NCBI GenBank assembly: GCA_964537915.1
Contig: CAZIDM010000007.1
Location: 8,879-72,878 of the forward strand
Direction of reading: 5' to 3'
DNA length: 64,000 nucleotides
DNA from: an uncultured Dehalococcoidia bacterium
GTDB taxonomy: Bacteria > Chloroflexota > Dehalococcoidia > Lucifugimonadales > UBA1123
The position numbers and the translations under genes are program-made. Positions 26,682-34,757 of this stretch are shown here, in pieces. Numbering within the stretch: position 1 is the stretch's first letter; every line of letters begins with the position of its first letter. The notes beneath the pieces are model-generated. The model was not told the DNA's origin. It did not search any database and saw only the letters and a list, made by a program, of their open reading frames with translations.

Positions 26682-26702
26682 CCCTCTGGCTCTAGAGTTG
26701 AA

Positions 26703-26890
26703 ACCCCCTCTCCCTTGGAGGGCTAACAGGGGTAGGTATTTCGCAATCGTCGTTCCGGCGAAGGCCGGAATCCAGCGGGGTGGGGAGTCCTTCGACAAGC
26801 TCAGAGCCTGTGCCGGACTTGATCCGGTGACGAACGAGTAGTCGGTTTACCTACCCCAGTATGCCCTTGGAGGGTGAGGGTGAAAGAGGA
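26703..26890. repeat. composite REP array that is itself a large imperfect palindrome
   Basis: It contains the units cccctctcccttggaggg, gttccggcgaaggccggaatc, ccttcgacaagctcagagcc and gccggacttgatccggtg. Its ends are complementary (caggggtaggta / tacctacccc). Confidence 0.85.
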
Positions 26891-26996
26891 TTGGTCGCAA
26901 TCTACCTGACATCACCCATGACCCTCTGAATTCGCGTCAGGGTTGTCTTTGTCCGAGTCCACCCGGGACGTCCATCAGGACTCGACCTGGAGCCGT

Positions 26997-28136
26997 CTAG
27001 TAGATGCCAGGAAGAATCCGGTACTTCACGCGTGCCTGGTACTCTGCCCACTTCTCCTCGCCGTACTTCTCGGCACAGAGGCTGTCGTCGAGTCGCTGAC
27101 GCCAGGTGAACAGCGAGACGATGAAGACGAAGTAGGTCCACGCCCAGGGGTTGGCGAAGTATCCAAACACCAGCCCGATCGAGAATGACAGGAACCCCTC
27201 ACCCAGGTAGTTGAAGTGGCGGGCGAAACCCCAGAGTCCGCTGCACAGGATCTTGCGGTCGCCGGCCTGAATATACTCCGGCTCGATGATCCCGAGGAAC
27301 TTGCGGTCGGGCCATCGCTTGAAGGTGTACTTCTGCATGTTGGCGCCGCGCGAGATGCCCCATCCGACCAGGAACAGCGTCGCCGTTACGATGAGCCAGA
27401 TGCTCGTCCACCCCGACGAGAAGCCGGGGTCCGGGTGAACGGCCATGCCCCACAGCGGGAGGATGTAGAGCCACCCGTAGATCACGAGTCCGCCCCAGAT
27501 CAACTTGAATCCGAGATGCTCGTGAATAAGGTCGTAGGTGTACAGCTGGACTCGCTCGAAGACGAAGTAGTCCAGCACATAGAACGTCAGAAAGCCCGCA
27601 TACAGGAAGACGCCCGGATTGGAGTCTTCTCCGAACAGCCCGTAGTGGTACGCGGCGCCGGACATGGCGTTGAGCACCAGCATCGTGCCGCCGACGAGAT
27701 ACAGGTACATCTTCACGTCGAAGCGCTCATTGAAGAACGGCAGCTCCAGCGCCCTGCCCTCCCACAGCGCAAGGAGCGGGTTCGCGATCTCGCCCTTCGG
27801 CCGGCTGTATACAGCCCAGAGTGAGAAGACGAGACAGAAGACAGTCCCACCGGCCACGGCATAGACCGACGACCGGTAGAACCAGTCGCGCGGCATCCCC
27901 GTGACCTCCGTGGCCCACACGATCACCGCGATCGCGAACACCAGGATGCCGTTCAGACGGTAGTTGCGAGGCTCGCCGGTCGACGGGTTGACGACGTAGC
28001 CGGTAACCCGCCTGGCCGGCAGGATGATCTGCTCCACGAAGAACAGCGCGAAGATCGCCAGCGGGGTCAGAAACCCGGCAACGGCTTCCATCCCGGAAAG
28101 CTCAAAGAGGTGACCGATACCAAGCCACTCAATCAT
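26997..28136 (-). CDS. ERG4/ERG24-family sterol reductase homologue (delta14/delta7/delta24(28)-sterol reductase-like membrane protein)
   Basis: Multi-TM protein whose C-terminus is a near-textbook family signature: LCSGLWGFARHFNYLGEGF...WRQRLDDSLCAEKYGEEKWAEYQARVKYRILPGIY. Confidence 0.8.
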   Translation of the reverse strand: MIEWLGIGHLFELSGMEAVAGFLTPLAIFALFFVEQIILPARRVTGYVVNPSTGEPRNYRLNGILVFAIAVIVWATEVTGMPRDWFYRSSVYAVAGGTVFCLVFSLWAVYSRPKGEIANPLLALWEGRALELPFFNERFDVKMYLYLVGGTMLVLNAMSGAAYHYGLFGEDSNPGVFLYAGFLTFYVLDYFVFERVQLYTYDLIHEHLGFKLIWGGLVIYGWLYILPLWGMAVHPDPGFSSGWTSIWLIVTATLFLVGWGISRGANMQKYTFKRWPDRKFLGIIEPEYIQAGDRKILCSGLWGFARHFNYLGEGFLSFSIGLVFGYFANPWAWTYFVFIVSLFTWRQRLDDSLCAEKYGEEKWAEYQARVKYRILPGIY

Positions 28137-28286
28137 GACCGCATACCCCTCGCTCAGGTTATGAGGCCATTATCTGCGCAAGCATGAATTAGGTCAATGG
28201 CATAATACCCAGTAAATGTCCGAGTTAAGCAGGCACAGTCCTCGGACCACATATGGATTTCGCGCACAGCGCGAAACGGAGAGCTG

Positions 28287-28499
28287 ATGGTCCAGCTGCT
28301 CCGAGACCGTATGCGTCGCGATGGCGGCAGGTTAGGGATCTTCAAAATCTGGCTTGATATGCTCGTCGACTCTATAATCGAGCTATCACGACGCTACATC
28401 TACCTCTACGAGAAGATCACCGGTCGCTCTTTCGAGTTTCCTGAGGAGGACCAGCCGATCGAGACACGCCTGGAAAGCAACCTTGCAGGAGTCAAGTGA
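28287..28499 (+). pseudogene. possible 3' remnant of purC (SAICAR synthase)
   Basis: Only the last ~35 aa (ELSRRYIYLYEKITGRSFEFPE) resemble the PurC C-terminus (…YIEAYERxTG…F) as I remember it. No upstream PurC sequence is present. Confidence 0.3.
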
Positions 28500-29140
28500 A
28501 GAAGTACATTCTCTTTGACCACGACGGGGTCCTGGTCGAGACGGAACAGTGGTACTACCTGGCAAACAGGCGAGCGCTGGCATCTCTCGGAATCGACCTC
28601 CCGCGAGACTCATACCTCGTGAACATGGCCAATGGAGTTTCCACGTGGGAAGTAGCACGAGCTGCGGGAATATCGGAATCCGAAATCGAACGTGGCCGGG
28701 AGATGAGAGACCGATACTACCAGGAATACCTGAAGACAGAAGACATCGAGATAGATGGTGTCCTGGAAACCCTGGACGTGCTCGCAGGTGAGTACAGGAT
28801 GGGTATAGTCACCACTTCCAAACCGCCTGACTTCGCCCTGATACACGAGAATCGGTCCATCCTGGACCACATGGAATTCTGCTTGACCCGGGAGGACTAC
28901 GACCAGGCCAAGCCACATCCCGAGCCCTATCTGAAGGGACTCCAACGCTTTGGCGCTGCTGCTGCGGAAACGGTGGCCATCGAGGACTCGGAGAGAGGCC
29001 TGAAGTCCGCAGTAGCGGCGGGTATCGACTGCATCGTGGTCGCAAACGAGTTCACAGCATCTCACGACCTGTCCAGAGCAACCGCCAGGGTCGATTCGTT
29101 CCGCGAACTGCCTTCCGCCATAAAGGGCTTAACAAGCTAG
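28496..29140 (+). CDS. HAD-family hydrolase
   Basis: ILFDHDGVLVETE is the DxDG motif I. GIVTTS is motif II. AIEDSERGLKSAVAAGIDCIVV is motif III/IV. Confidence 0.85.
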   Translation: MKKYILFDHDGVLVETEQWYYLANRRALASLGIDLPRDSYLVNMANGVSTWEVARAAGISESEIERGREMRDRYYQEYLKTEDIEIDGVLETLDVLAGEYRMGIVTTSKPPDFALIHENRSILDHMEFCLTREDYDQAKPHPEPYLKGLQRFGAAAAETVAIEDSERGLKSAVAAGIDCIVVANEFTASHDLSRATARVDSFRELPSAIKGLTS

Positions 29141-29230
29141 CCAGAGACCTATCCCGGAATCCTTGAGAGAGTGGTCCTATCGCCTGCATGTAATATACTG
29201 GGCGGACGTTGAAGGAGAAGGAGCATCCAA

Positions 29231-30073
29231 GTGACCATGACACCGGGAACCGAACTGATAGAACTCGAAACAGGCGTATTCGCGCGACTGCACGAGGGAC
29301 TTACCAACGCTGGCATCCTCATCGGCGACGAGGGCGTGCTGGTGATCGACTCGCTGCGAGTCCCCTCGTTCGCGCGGGACCTTATCCAGGACGTCAAGCA
29401 CATCACCGACAAGCCGATCCAGTACGTGATCGACACGCACTCGCACTGGGACCACGCGTGGGGCAACGAGGAGTTCCCCGATGCCACGATCATCGGACAC
29501 GAAAACTGCTACAACGAGATGGTGGACGTCGAGTGGAACAGGCAGTGGCGCGAGAACGTGATGAGCTCCGGTGACTCGTGGTCCGAAGAGGCCGGACTGG
29601 TGAACATCACGCCTCCAAACCTCACGTTCGAGACGAGCATGAGGCTCTACTTCGGCGGCAGGGAGTTGCACCTCAGGTACCTCGGCAAGGCGCACACGAG
29701 CGGCGACACTCACATACACCTGCCGGACGACGGCATCGTCTTCTGCGGCGACGTCGCGCAGGACGGCGGAGTCCCCTACCTCGGCGACTCCTACCCTGAC
29801 GAGTGGCCCGACACCGACGACCGCCTGGTCGGTCTGCCAATCCAGCGATTCGTCTCCGGGCACGGCCCGGTCGGAGAGCACTCCGCGCTGGAGGAGGCGA
29901 GGGACTTCATCTACGACCTCTTCGGCAGTCTCAGGACCGCCATCAGCGAGGGCCGGAACGCCCAGGATGCCGCGTCCTCAGTGGTAGCCGCTCTCACCCC
30001 ACGCTACGGAAGCTGGCGCAGCTTCGAACGCCTCGAGGAGACCCTGCCCGACGTCTACGCCAAGATGGCGTGA
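29231..30073 (+). CDS. MBL-fold metallo-hydrolase
   Basis: VIDTHSHWDHAWGN (HxHxDH) plus the downstream HTSGDT and GH motifs. Confidence 0.85.
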   Translation: MTMTPGTELIELETGVFARLHEGLTNAGILIGDEGVLVIDSLRVPSFARDLIQDVKHITDKPIQYVIDTHSHWDHAWGNEEFPDATIIGHENCYNEMVDVEWNRQWRENVMSSGDSWSEEAGLVNITPPNLTFETSMRLYFGGRELHLRYLGKAHTSGDTHIHLPDDGIVFCGDVAQDGGVPYLGDSYPDEWPDTDDRLVGLPIQRFVSGHGPVGEHSALEEARDFIYDLFGSLRTAISEGRNAQDAASSVVAALTPRYGSWRSFERLEETLPDVYAKMA

Positions 30074-30092
30074 TTTCTGACTGGAGTCGGCA

Positions 30093-30785
30093 TTGAACGA
30101 ACACGCGGCACTGAGGGGCAGCCAGCGCTGGCTTCAGGTGGCAGTGAATCGATCCCCGGATGTCATTGACGATGCCATCTCCGAAGCAATGGGCCTCGGG
30201 CAGTCCGAGACTATCGAGTGGCTTTCGCCCCTGGAGTCCGAGGACTTCATCGAGTACAGGGATCGCGCGTTCCTCGAACGTCTCGGACTGAGTCCCCAGC
30301 ACCGTCAGCTTGCTGACTTCTGGCCTGCCGGCGGACCTGTATGGGACGGCCTGGCTCGAACGAGTTCAGGGCGATCTCTCCTGATCGAGGCCAAGGCAAA
30401 CGTCCCGGAGTTCGACAGCAGTCCGACCGGCGCGTCAGGGCGGTCCCTCACAAAGATAGAAGAGGCGCTGGAAGAGACCAGGACGTTCCTGCGAGTCACG
30501 TCAGCGACGGACTGGACAAGCTGCTTCTACCAGTACGCCAACAGGCTGGCACACCTCTACTTCCTGAGGGAGCTGAACGGGATCGACGCCGCCCTGGTCT
30601 TCGTCTACTTCACCGGCGACACTACGGTCCCCGGCAGGGATCCCGTTCCGCGTGAGGGATGGGAGGCCGCAATCGGACTGGCAACGAATCACCTCGGCGT
30701 TCGCTTGAGTTCCCCCTGGATTCGAGAGAACGTGGCCGACGTCTTCATCGACATCAGAGAGCTCAGCCATATCTCCTGGCCATAG
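30093..30785 (+). CDS. hypothetical protein with a PD-(D/E)xK-like motif
   Basis: 230 aa with a TTG start. [27 protein letters not shown] fits D-x13-ExK. No named family recognised. Confidence 0.55.
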   Translation: MNEHAALRGSQRWLQVAVNRSPDVIDDAISEAMGLGQSETIEWLSPLESEDFIEYRDRAFLERLGLSPQHRQLADFWPAGGPVWDGLARTSSGRSLLIEAKANVPEFDSSPTGASGRSLTKIEEALEETRTFLRVTSATDWTSCFYQYANRLAHLYFLRELNGIDAALVFVYFTGDTTVPGRDPVPREGWEAAIGLATNHLGVRLSSPWIRENVADVFIDIRELSHISWP

Positions 30786-30825
30786 TCGACAGGCTATTGC
30801 CGTTGTCACCCGAGAGGACATACTA

Positions 30826-31107
30826 ATGCCTATGAAGAACCCGCCCCACCCCGGATTGTACATCCGCCATGATTGCCTTGAGCCTCTCGGCCTCAGCGTT
30901 ACGGATGCCGCCGCCCATCTTGGTGTCAGCCGTAAGCAGCTATCCGACGTGCTAAATGGTCGCTCAGGGATCTCAGCCGAGATGGCCATACGCTTGGACA
31001 AGGCATTCGGTGGCGGTGCAGCAGCTTGGTATCAGCTACAGGCGGCTTATGATCTGGCACAGGTGTTGAAGAGGGCCGATGAGATCGAGGTACAGCGGGT
31101 GGCCTGA
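30826..31107 (+). CDS. higA: HigA-family antitoxin (XRE HTH), with no HigB upstream
   Basis: [58 protein letters not shown]...[10 protein letters not shown] is collinear with the HigA at 37028. Confidence 0.8.
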   Translation: MPMKNPPHPGLYIRHDCLEPLGLSVTDAAAHLGVSRKQLSDVLNGRSGISAEMAIRLDKAFGGGAAAWYQLQAAYDLAQVLKRADEIEVQRVA

Positions 31108-31222
31108 TAGATGATACTGCGTCGGTTTTCATACCCCACAACTCCCCCTGCCCTTGACATAAAAGTACATCTGTTCTATTATCGTGCCAAGACAATAACC
31201 TCTGGACCCAAGCTCCCGGCAC

Positions 31223-32062
31223 ATGACACTCTCAGAATACATCCTCGAAAACACCGACGACGGTATCGACATGGCCCGTCTCCTCATCGACGTGATGAAC
31301 GGCTTCATCCGCGGTGTCAAGCTCAGCCACAGACTCACCGCAGCCAGGCTGCTAACCATCTACGGCTTCCAGGATGCCCGAGACTTCATCGACGACAATA
31401 CCCTCAACCCCTATGACAATGGGCGACAGTGGGTCGTAAGCGACCCCGAACTCGCAAGGCTCATCAGGGCCAGGACCAACGACGGCCATGAGATGTGCGA
31501 CTTTCTCATAGACGTCATGTGGGGAAAGGTCGAACGCACCCGCGTCGGACACCGGGTGTCAGCGGCCAGGGAGCTCCTGAACAGGGCGTTCGGCAGGAGC
31601 CAGGGCATACCACTGCCCAATCCTCCACGAGTGACCGCGCCCCGGGGAACAATCAAGAGGACAGACCAACCGGTCGAGTCTGCGCCCGTTCATCCTGTTG
31701 AAGATCCGCCGCGGTCGGAACCTGCCGAAGAGCAGCCGGCTACACCTGCCCAAACAGCGGTCCTGACCGAGACAGACAAGCAGGTCGAGTCTGCGCCCGT
31801 TCATCCTGTTGAAGATCCGCCGAGGCGGGAGCCTGATCGAAGTGAGCCTATCGAAGGACAGCCGGAGCGTGAAGCCAACGACAACTTCGACCCCGACATC
31901 TACAGGGCAGCCAGCAGGTGCATAGACCCAAACTTCGATCCGATGCGCTATGCCACCGACGATGACTACTTCTGGAACTACGACGGCTGTGACAACATTA
32001 GCTGCCCATATCACGGCGATCCCGAAGACCCCGACTACGACCCCAACGCCCAACACTACTGA
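31223..32062 (+). CDS. hypothetical protein with an internal N-terminal duplication and two in-frame 37-codon-spaced repeat modules
   Basis: DG(I/H)(D/E)M..(L/F)LIDVM.G......(S/G)HR(L/V)(T/S)AAR.LL...(G)F occurs twice. An identical 40-nt module lies at 31672-31711 and 31783-31822. The C-terminus is acidic and Asp/Pro-rich with CxxxxC. Confidence 0.55.
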   Translation: MTLSEYILENTDDGIDMARLLIDVMNGFIRGVKLSHRLTAARLLTIYGFQDARDFIDDNTLNPYDNGRQWVVSDPELARLIRARTNDGHEMCDFLIDVMWGKVERTRVGHRVSAARELLNRAFGRSQGIPLPNPPRVTAPRGTIKRTDQPVESAPVHPVEDPPRSEPAEEQPATPAQTAVLTETDKQVESAPVHPVEDPPRREPDRSEPIEGQPEREANDNFDPDIYRAASRCIDPNFDPMRYATDDDYFWNYDGCDNISCPYHGDPEDPDYDPNAQHY

Positions 32063-32253
32063 CCCGCATGGTCTTCATCGACCTCCCGGCAATGCAAGGA
32101 CATGATTGGATATGAAGGCTGGGGAACTCTCGTTCCCTCTTCTTCACCTGTCCCTCCGGTCCGCGATTTGAGCATACTCGCATGTCGCAATACAATGTGC
32201 TGAGAGTCCCCCTCGTTTCGTAGGCAGCCATCACAGTCAGGAGGGTCCCCGCC

Positions 32254-33666
32254 ATGTCAGACCGCGACACCGCGCTACTAGCTCACCTCATGCGCCGCGC
32301 CGGGTTTGGCGCGAGACCCGACGAACTCGACCGATACGCCGAAATTGGATATGAGGCGACCGTCGAGGAGTTTCTGCATCCCGAGAACATGCCGCCCGCG
32401 CTCGAGGACGAAGACCTCATCCGGCGCTACCACGTCGACGAGAACGGCCTGCTGATCGTCGACAGCTGCCAGGCGTACCTGGTCTACCGCATGATCAACA
32501 CGCGCCGTCCCCTCGAGGAGAAGCTCGCCCTGTTCTGGCACAGCATCTTCGCAACGGGCTACACCAAGCTCAACCAGCCAAAGTCGATCCTGAACCAGAT
32601 AGAGATGTTCCGCAGGAACGGCTTTGGGCGATTCAGGGACCTGCTCGTCGATATCTCCAGGGACCCCGCGATGATCTTCTGGCTCGACAACAAGGACAAC
32701 CACAAGGACGCCGTTAACGAGAACTACGGCAGGGAGATCCTGGAGCTGTTCTCGATGGGCGTCGGCAACTACACCGAGGACGACGTCAGGCAGTGTTCGC
32801 GAGCGTTCACCGGCTGGACCATTCGCAACGCCACACACCACACTGTTCGCGCTTCGGTGGACTCGGTTTGGCCATACGGCCGCCTCGACTGGCAGTACGA
32901 GTACCGTGACGACGACCACGACGAGGGCGAGAAGACGTTCCTCGGCCACCAGGGCGCGTTCGATGGCGAGGACGTCATCGACATCATCTGCGATCAGCCC
33001 GCGACCGCGCGCTTCATATCGCGTCACCTGTACAACTTCTTCGTCGCCGACGAGCCGCAGGTGCCCGCGTGGGAGACCGTGCCGCCGCGTGACCCTGAAG
33101 CGATCGACACGCTCGTCGACTGCTACTTCGAGAGCGGCGGTGAGATTCGCGCCATGCTGCGGACGCTGTTCAACTCCGGCTTCTTCAAAAACGCCCGGTT
33201 CGAGAAAGTGAAGAGCCCTGCGGAGATGGTCGCAGGCGCGGCGCGGCAGTCCGGCGGCTTCGCGTTCCCGGAGGTCGAGGACATCCAGCTCGCGCTCCAG
33301 ACCGGCAGCATGGGCCAGATGCTCGTCGATCCTCCGAGCGTGGAAGGCTGGCACTCAGGCCGGGAGTGGGTCACCACCGCGAGCCTCGTCAACCGCGTCA
33401 ACTTCGCCGTGCAGCAGTTCGCCGACGACACGAAGCCGGGAGTCAGGTCCATCGTCGAGCGCGTCCAGGCTCGCGGGCCGGGACTCACCCCCGAACAGCT
33501 CGTGGATAGCTGCCTGGAGCTCATGGGATCGATGAGCATGTCGGAGCGCACCAGGCAGGAGCTCATCGAGCACGCAGAGAACGCTGCGGCCGACGGCGAG
33601 TCGACCGAGAGCGTGATGGCGCTGCTGCAGCTCATAGTCGCTACCCGCGAATACCAGATGGCCTGA
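32254..33666 (+). CDS. DUF1800 domain-containing protein
   Basis: LLAHLMRRAGFGARPDELD...WHSIFAT...FWLDN.DN...NENYGREILELFSMGVGNYTE.DV is the typical DUF1800 pattern. Confidence 0.8.
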   Translation: MSDRDTALLAHLMRRAGFGARPDELDRYAEIGYEATVEEFLHPENMPPALEDEDLIRRYHVDENGLLIVDSCQAYLVYRMINTRRPLEEKLALFWHSIFATGYTKLNQPKSILNQIEMFRRNGFGRFRDLLVDISRDPAMIFWLDNKDNHKDAVNENYGREILELFSMGVGNYTEDDVRQCSRAFTGWTIRNATHHTVRASVDSVWPYGRLDWQYEYRDDDHDEGEKTFLGHQGAFDGEDVIDIICDQPATARFISRHLYNFFVADEPQVPAWETVPPRDPEAIDTLVDCYFESGGEIRAMLRTLFNSGFFKNARFEKVKSPAEMVAGAARQSGGFAFPEVEDIQLALQTGSMGQMLVDPPSVEGWHSGREWVTTASLVNRVNFAVQQFADDTKPGVRSIVERVQARGPGLTPEQLVDSCLELMGSMSMSERTRQELIEHAENAAADGESTESVMALLQLIVATREYQMA

Positions 33667-33682
33667 GGCCTGGAGTCACACC

Positions 33683-34708
33683 ATGGTCGCCACTGACCAA
33701 CTCTACAAATACAGCCACACCATCGGCCTGTACTCGCTGCAGGGGCGCGGGTTCAACAACCCCGTCGACATGGCCTTCGGCAATGACGGCGTGATGTACG
33801 TGCTCAACCGCGCCGGTCCCGAGGTCGCGGCCAGGCTGCCCTACAAGCGCGTAACGATGTGCAGGGCGGACGAGGAGTACCTGGGCGAGTTCAGCACCGG
33901 CGGCGTGGAGGACGGCCAGATGATGTGGCCGTCGTCGATCGCCACGGACCGCGACGGCAACGTGTACGTGTCCGACGAGGCGCTGCAGCGCATCTCCATC
34001 TTCGACCCACGCGGCGGCTACCTCGGCAAGTGGGGCACGAAGGGCCGGGGCGACGGCGAGTTCAACCGTCCGTCCGGCATAGCCTTCGACTCCGACGACA
34101 ACCTGCTGGTCAGCGACAGCCTCAACTGCCGCGTCCAGCGCTACACCCGCGACGGACGCTTCCTGGAGTCGTGGGGCCGTCCCGGACATGCAGACGGTGA
34201 GTTCAATCTCCCCTGGGGCATACACGCAGTCCCGCAGAGCGGAGACGTGCTGGTCGCCGACTGGCGCAACGACCGCGTGCAGCGTTTCGACGCCGGTGGC
34301 AGTCATGTTGCCACCTACGGCACACCGGGTGACGGCGATGGCGAGTTCAACCGTCCGGCTGGAGTCACGACCGACCCGGACGGCAACATACACGTCGCCG
34401 ACTGGGGCAACGAGCGCGTGCAGGTGCTGCGTCCCGACGGGAGCTTTCTCGCCAGGATGCGCGGCGATTCGGGCATATCCAAGTGGGGCTACGAGTACTT
34501 CGACGCCAACGCCGAAGAACTGCGAGAGCGCCAGGAGTCCGACATGGAGCCGGAGCTAGGTCCCATGGCGCAGGGAAGCTCACGAGAAGAGTCAGCCAAC
34601 ATCGAAAAGCTCCTCTGGGGCCCGACCTCAGTGAAGCTAGACGCCGACGGCAGACTGTTCATAGTAGAAAGCTGCCGCTTCCGAATCCAGGTATACCAGC
34701 GGGGATAG
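33683..34708 (+). CDS. NHL-repeat beta-propeller protein
   Basis: Six repeats of the form G.GDGEFNRP.G(I/V)..D.DGN..V.D..N.RVQ. Confidence 0.8.
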   Translation: MVATDQLYKYSHTIGLYSLQGRGFNNPVDMAFGNDGVMYVLNRAGPEVAARLPYKRVTMCRADEEYLGEFSTGGVEDGQMMWPSSIATDRDGNVYVSDEALQRISIFDPRGGYLGKWGTKGRGDGEFNRPSGIAFDSDDNLLVSDSLNCRVQRYTRDGRFLESWGRPGHADGEFNLPWGIHAVPQSGDVLVADWRNDRVQRFDAGGSHVATYGTPGDGDGEFNRPAGVTTDPDGNIHVADWGNERVQVLRPDGSFLARMRGDSGISKWGYEYFDANAEELRERQESDMEPELGPMAQGSSREESANIEKLLWGPTSVKLDADGRLFIVESCRFRIQVYQRG

Positions 34709-34757
34709 GCGCCGGCAGGGCGAATACTGAGGTCTGCGAAAGGGCACGAACAGGCCG

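Noticed and set aside
31672-31822. Direct repeats as template and variable repeats of a diversity-generating retroelement.
   Set aside because: The two copies are identical, with no adenine-specific differences. No reverse transcriptase is present. The module is related to the intergenic REP-like elements.
32278-34393. Minus-strand ORFs 32278..33354 (358 aa) and 33641..34393 (250 aa).
   Set aside because: They are antisense to the clearly recognisable DUF1800 and NHL genes, with the low-complexity Val/Ala/Asp/Arg translations of shadow ORFs.
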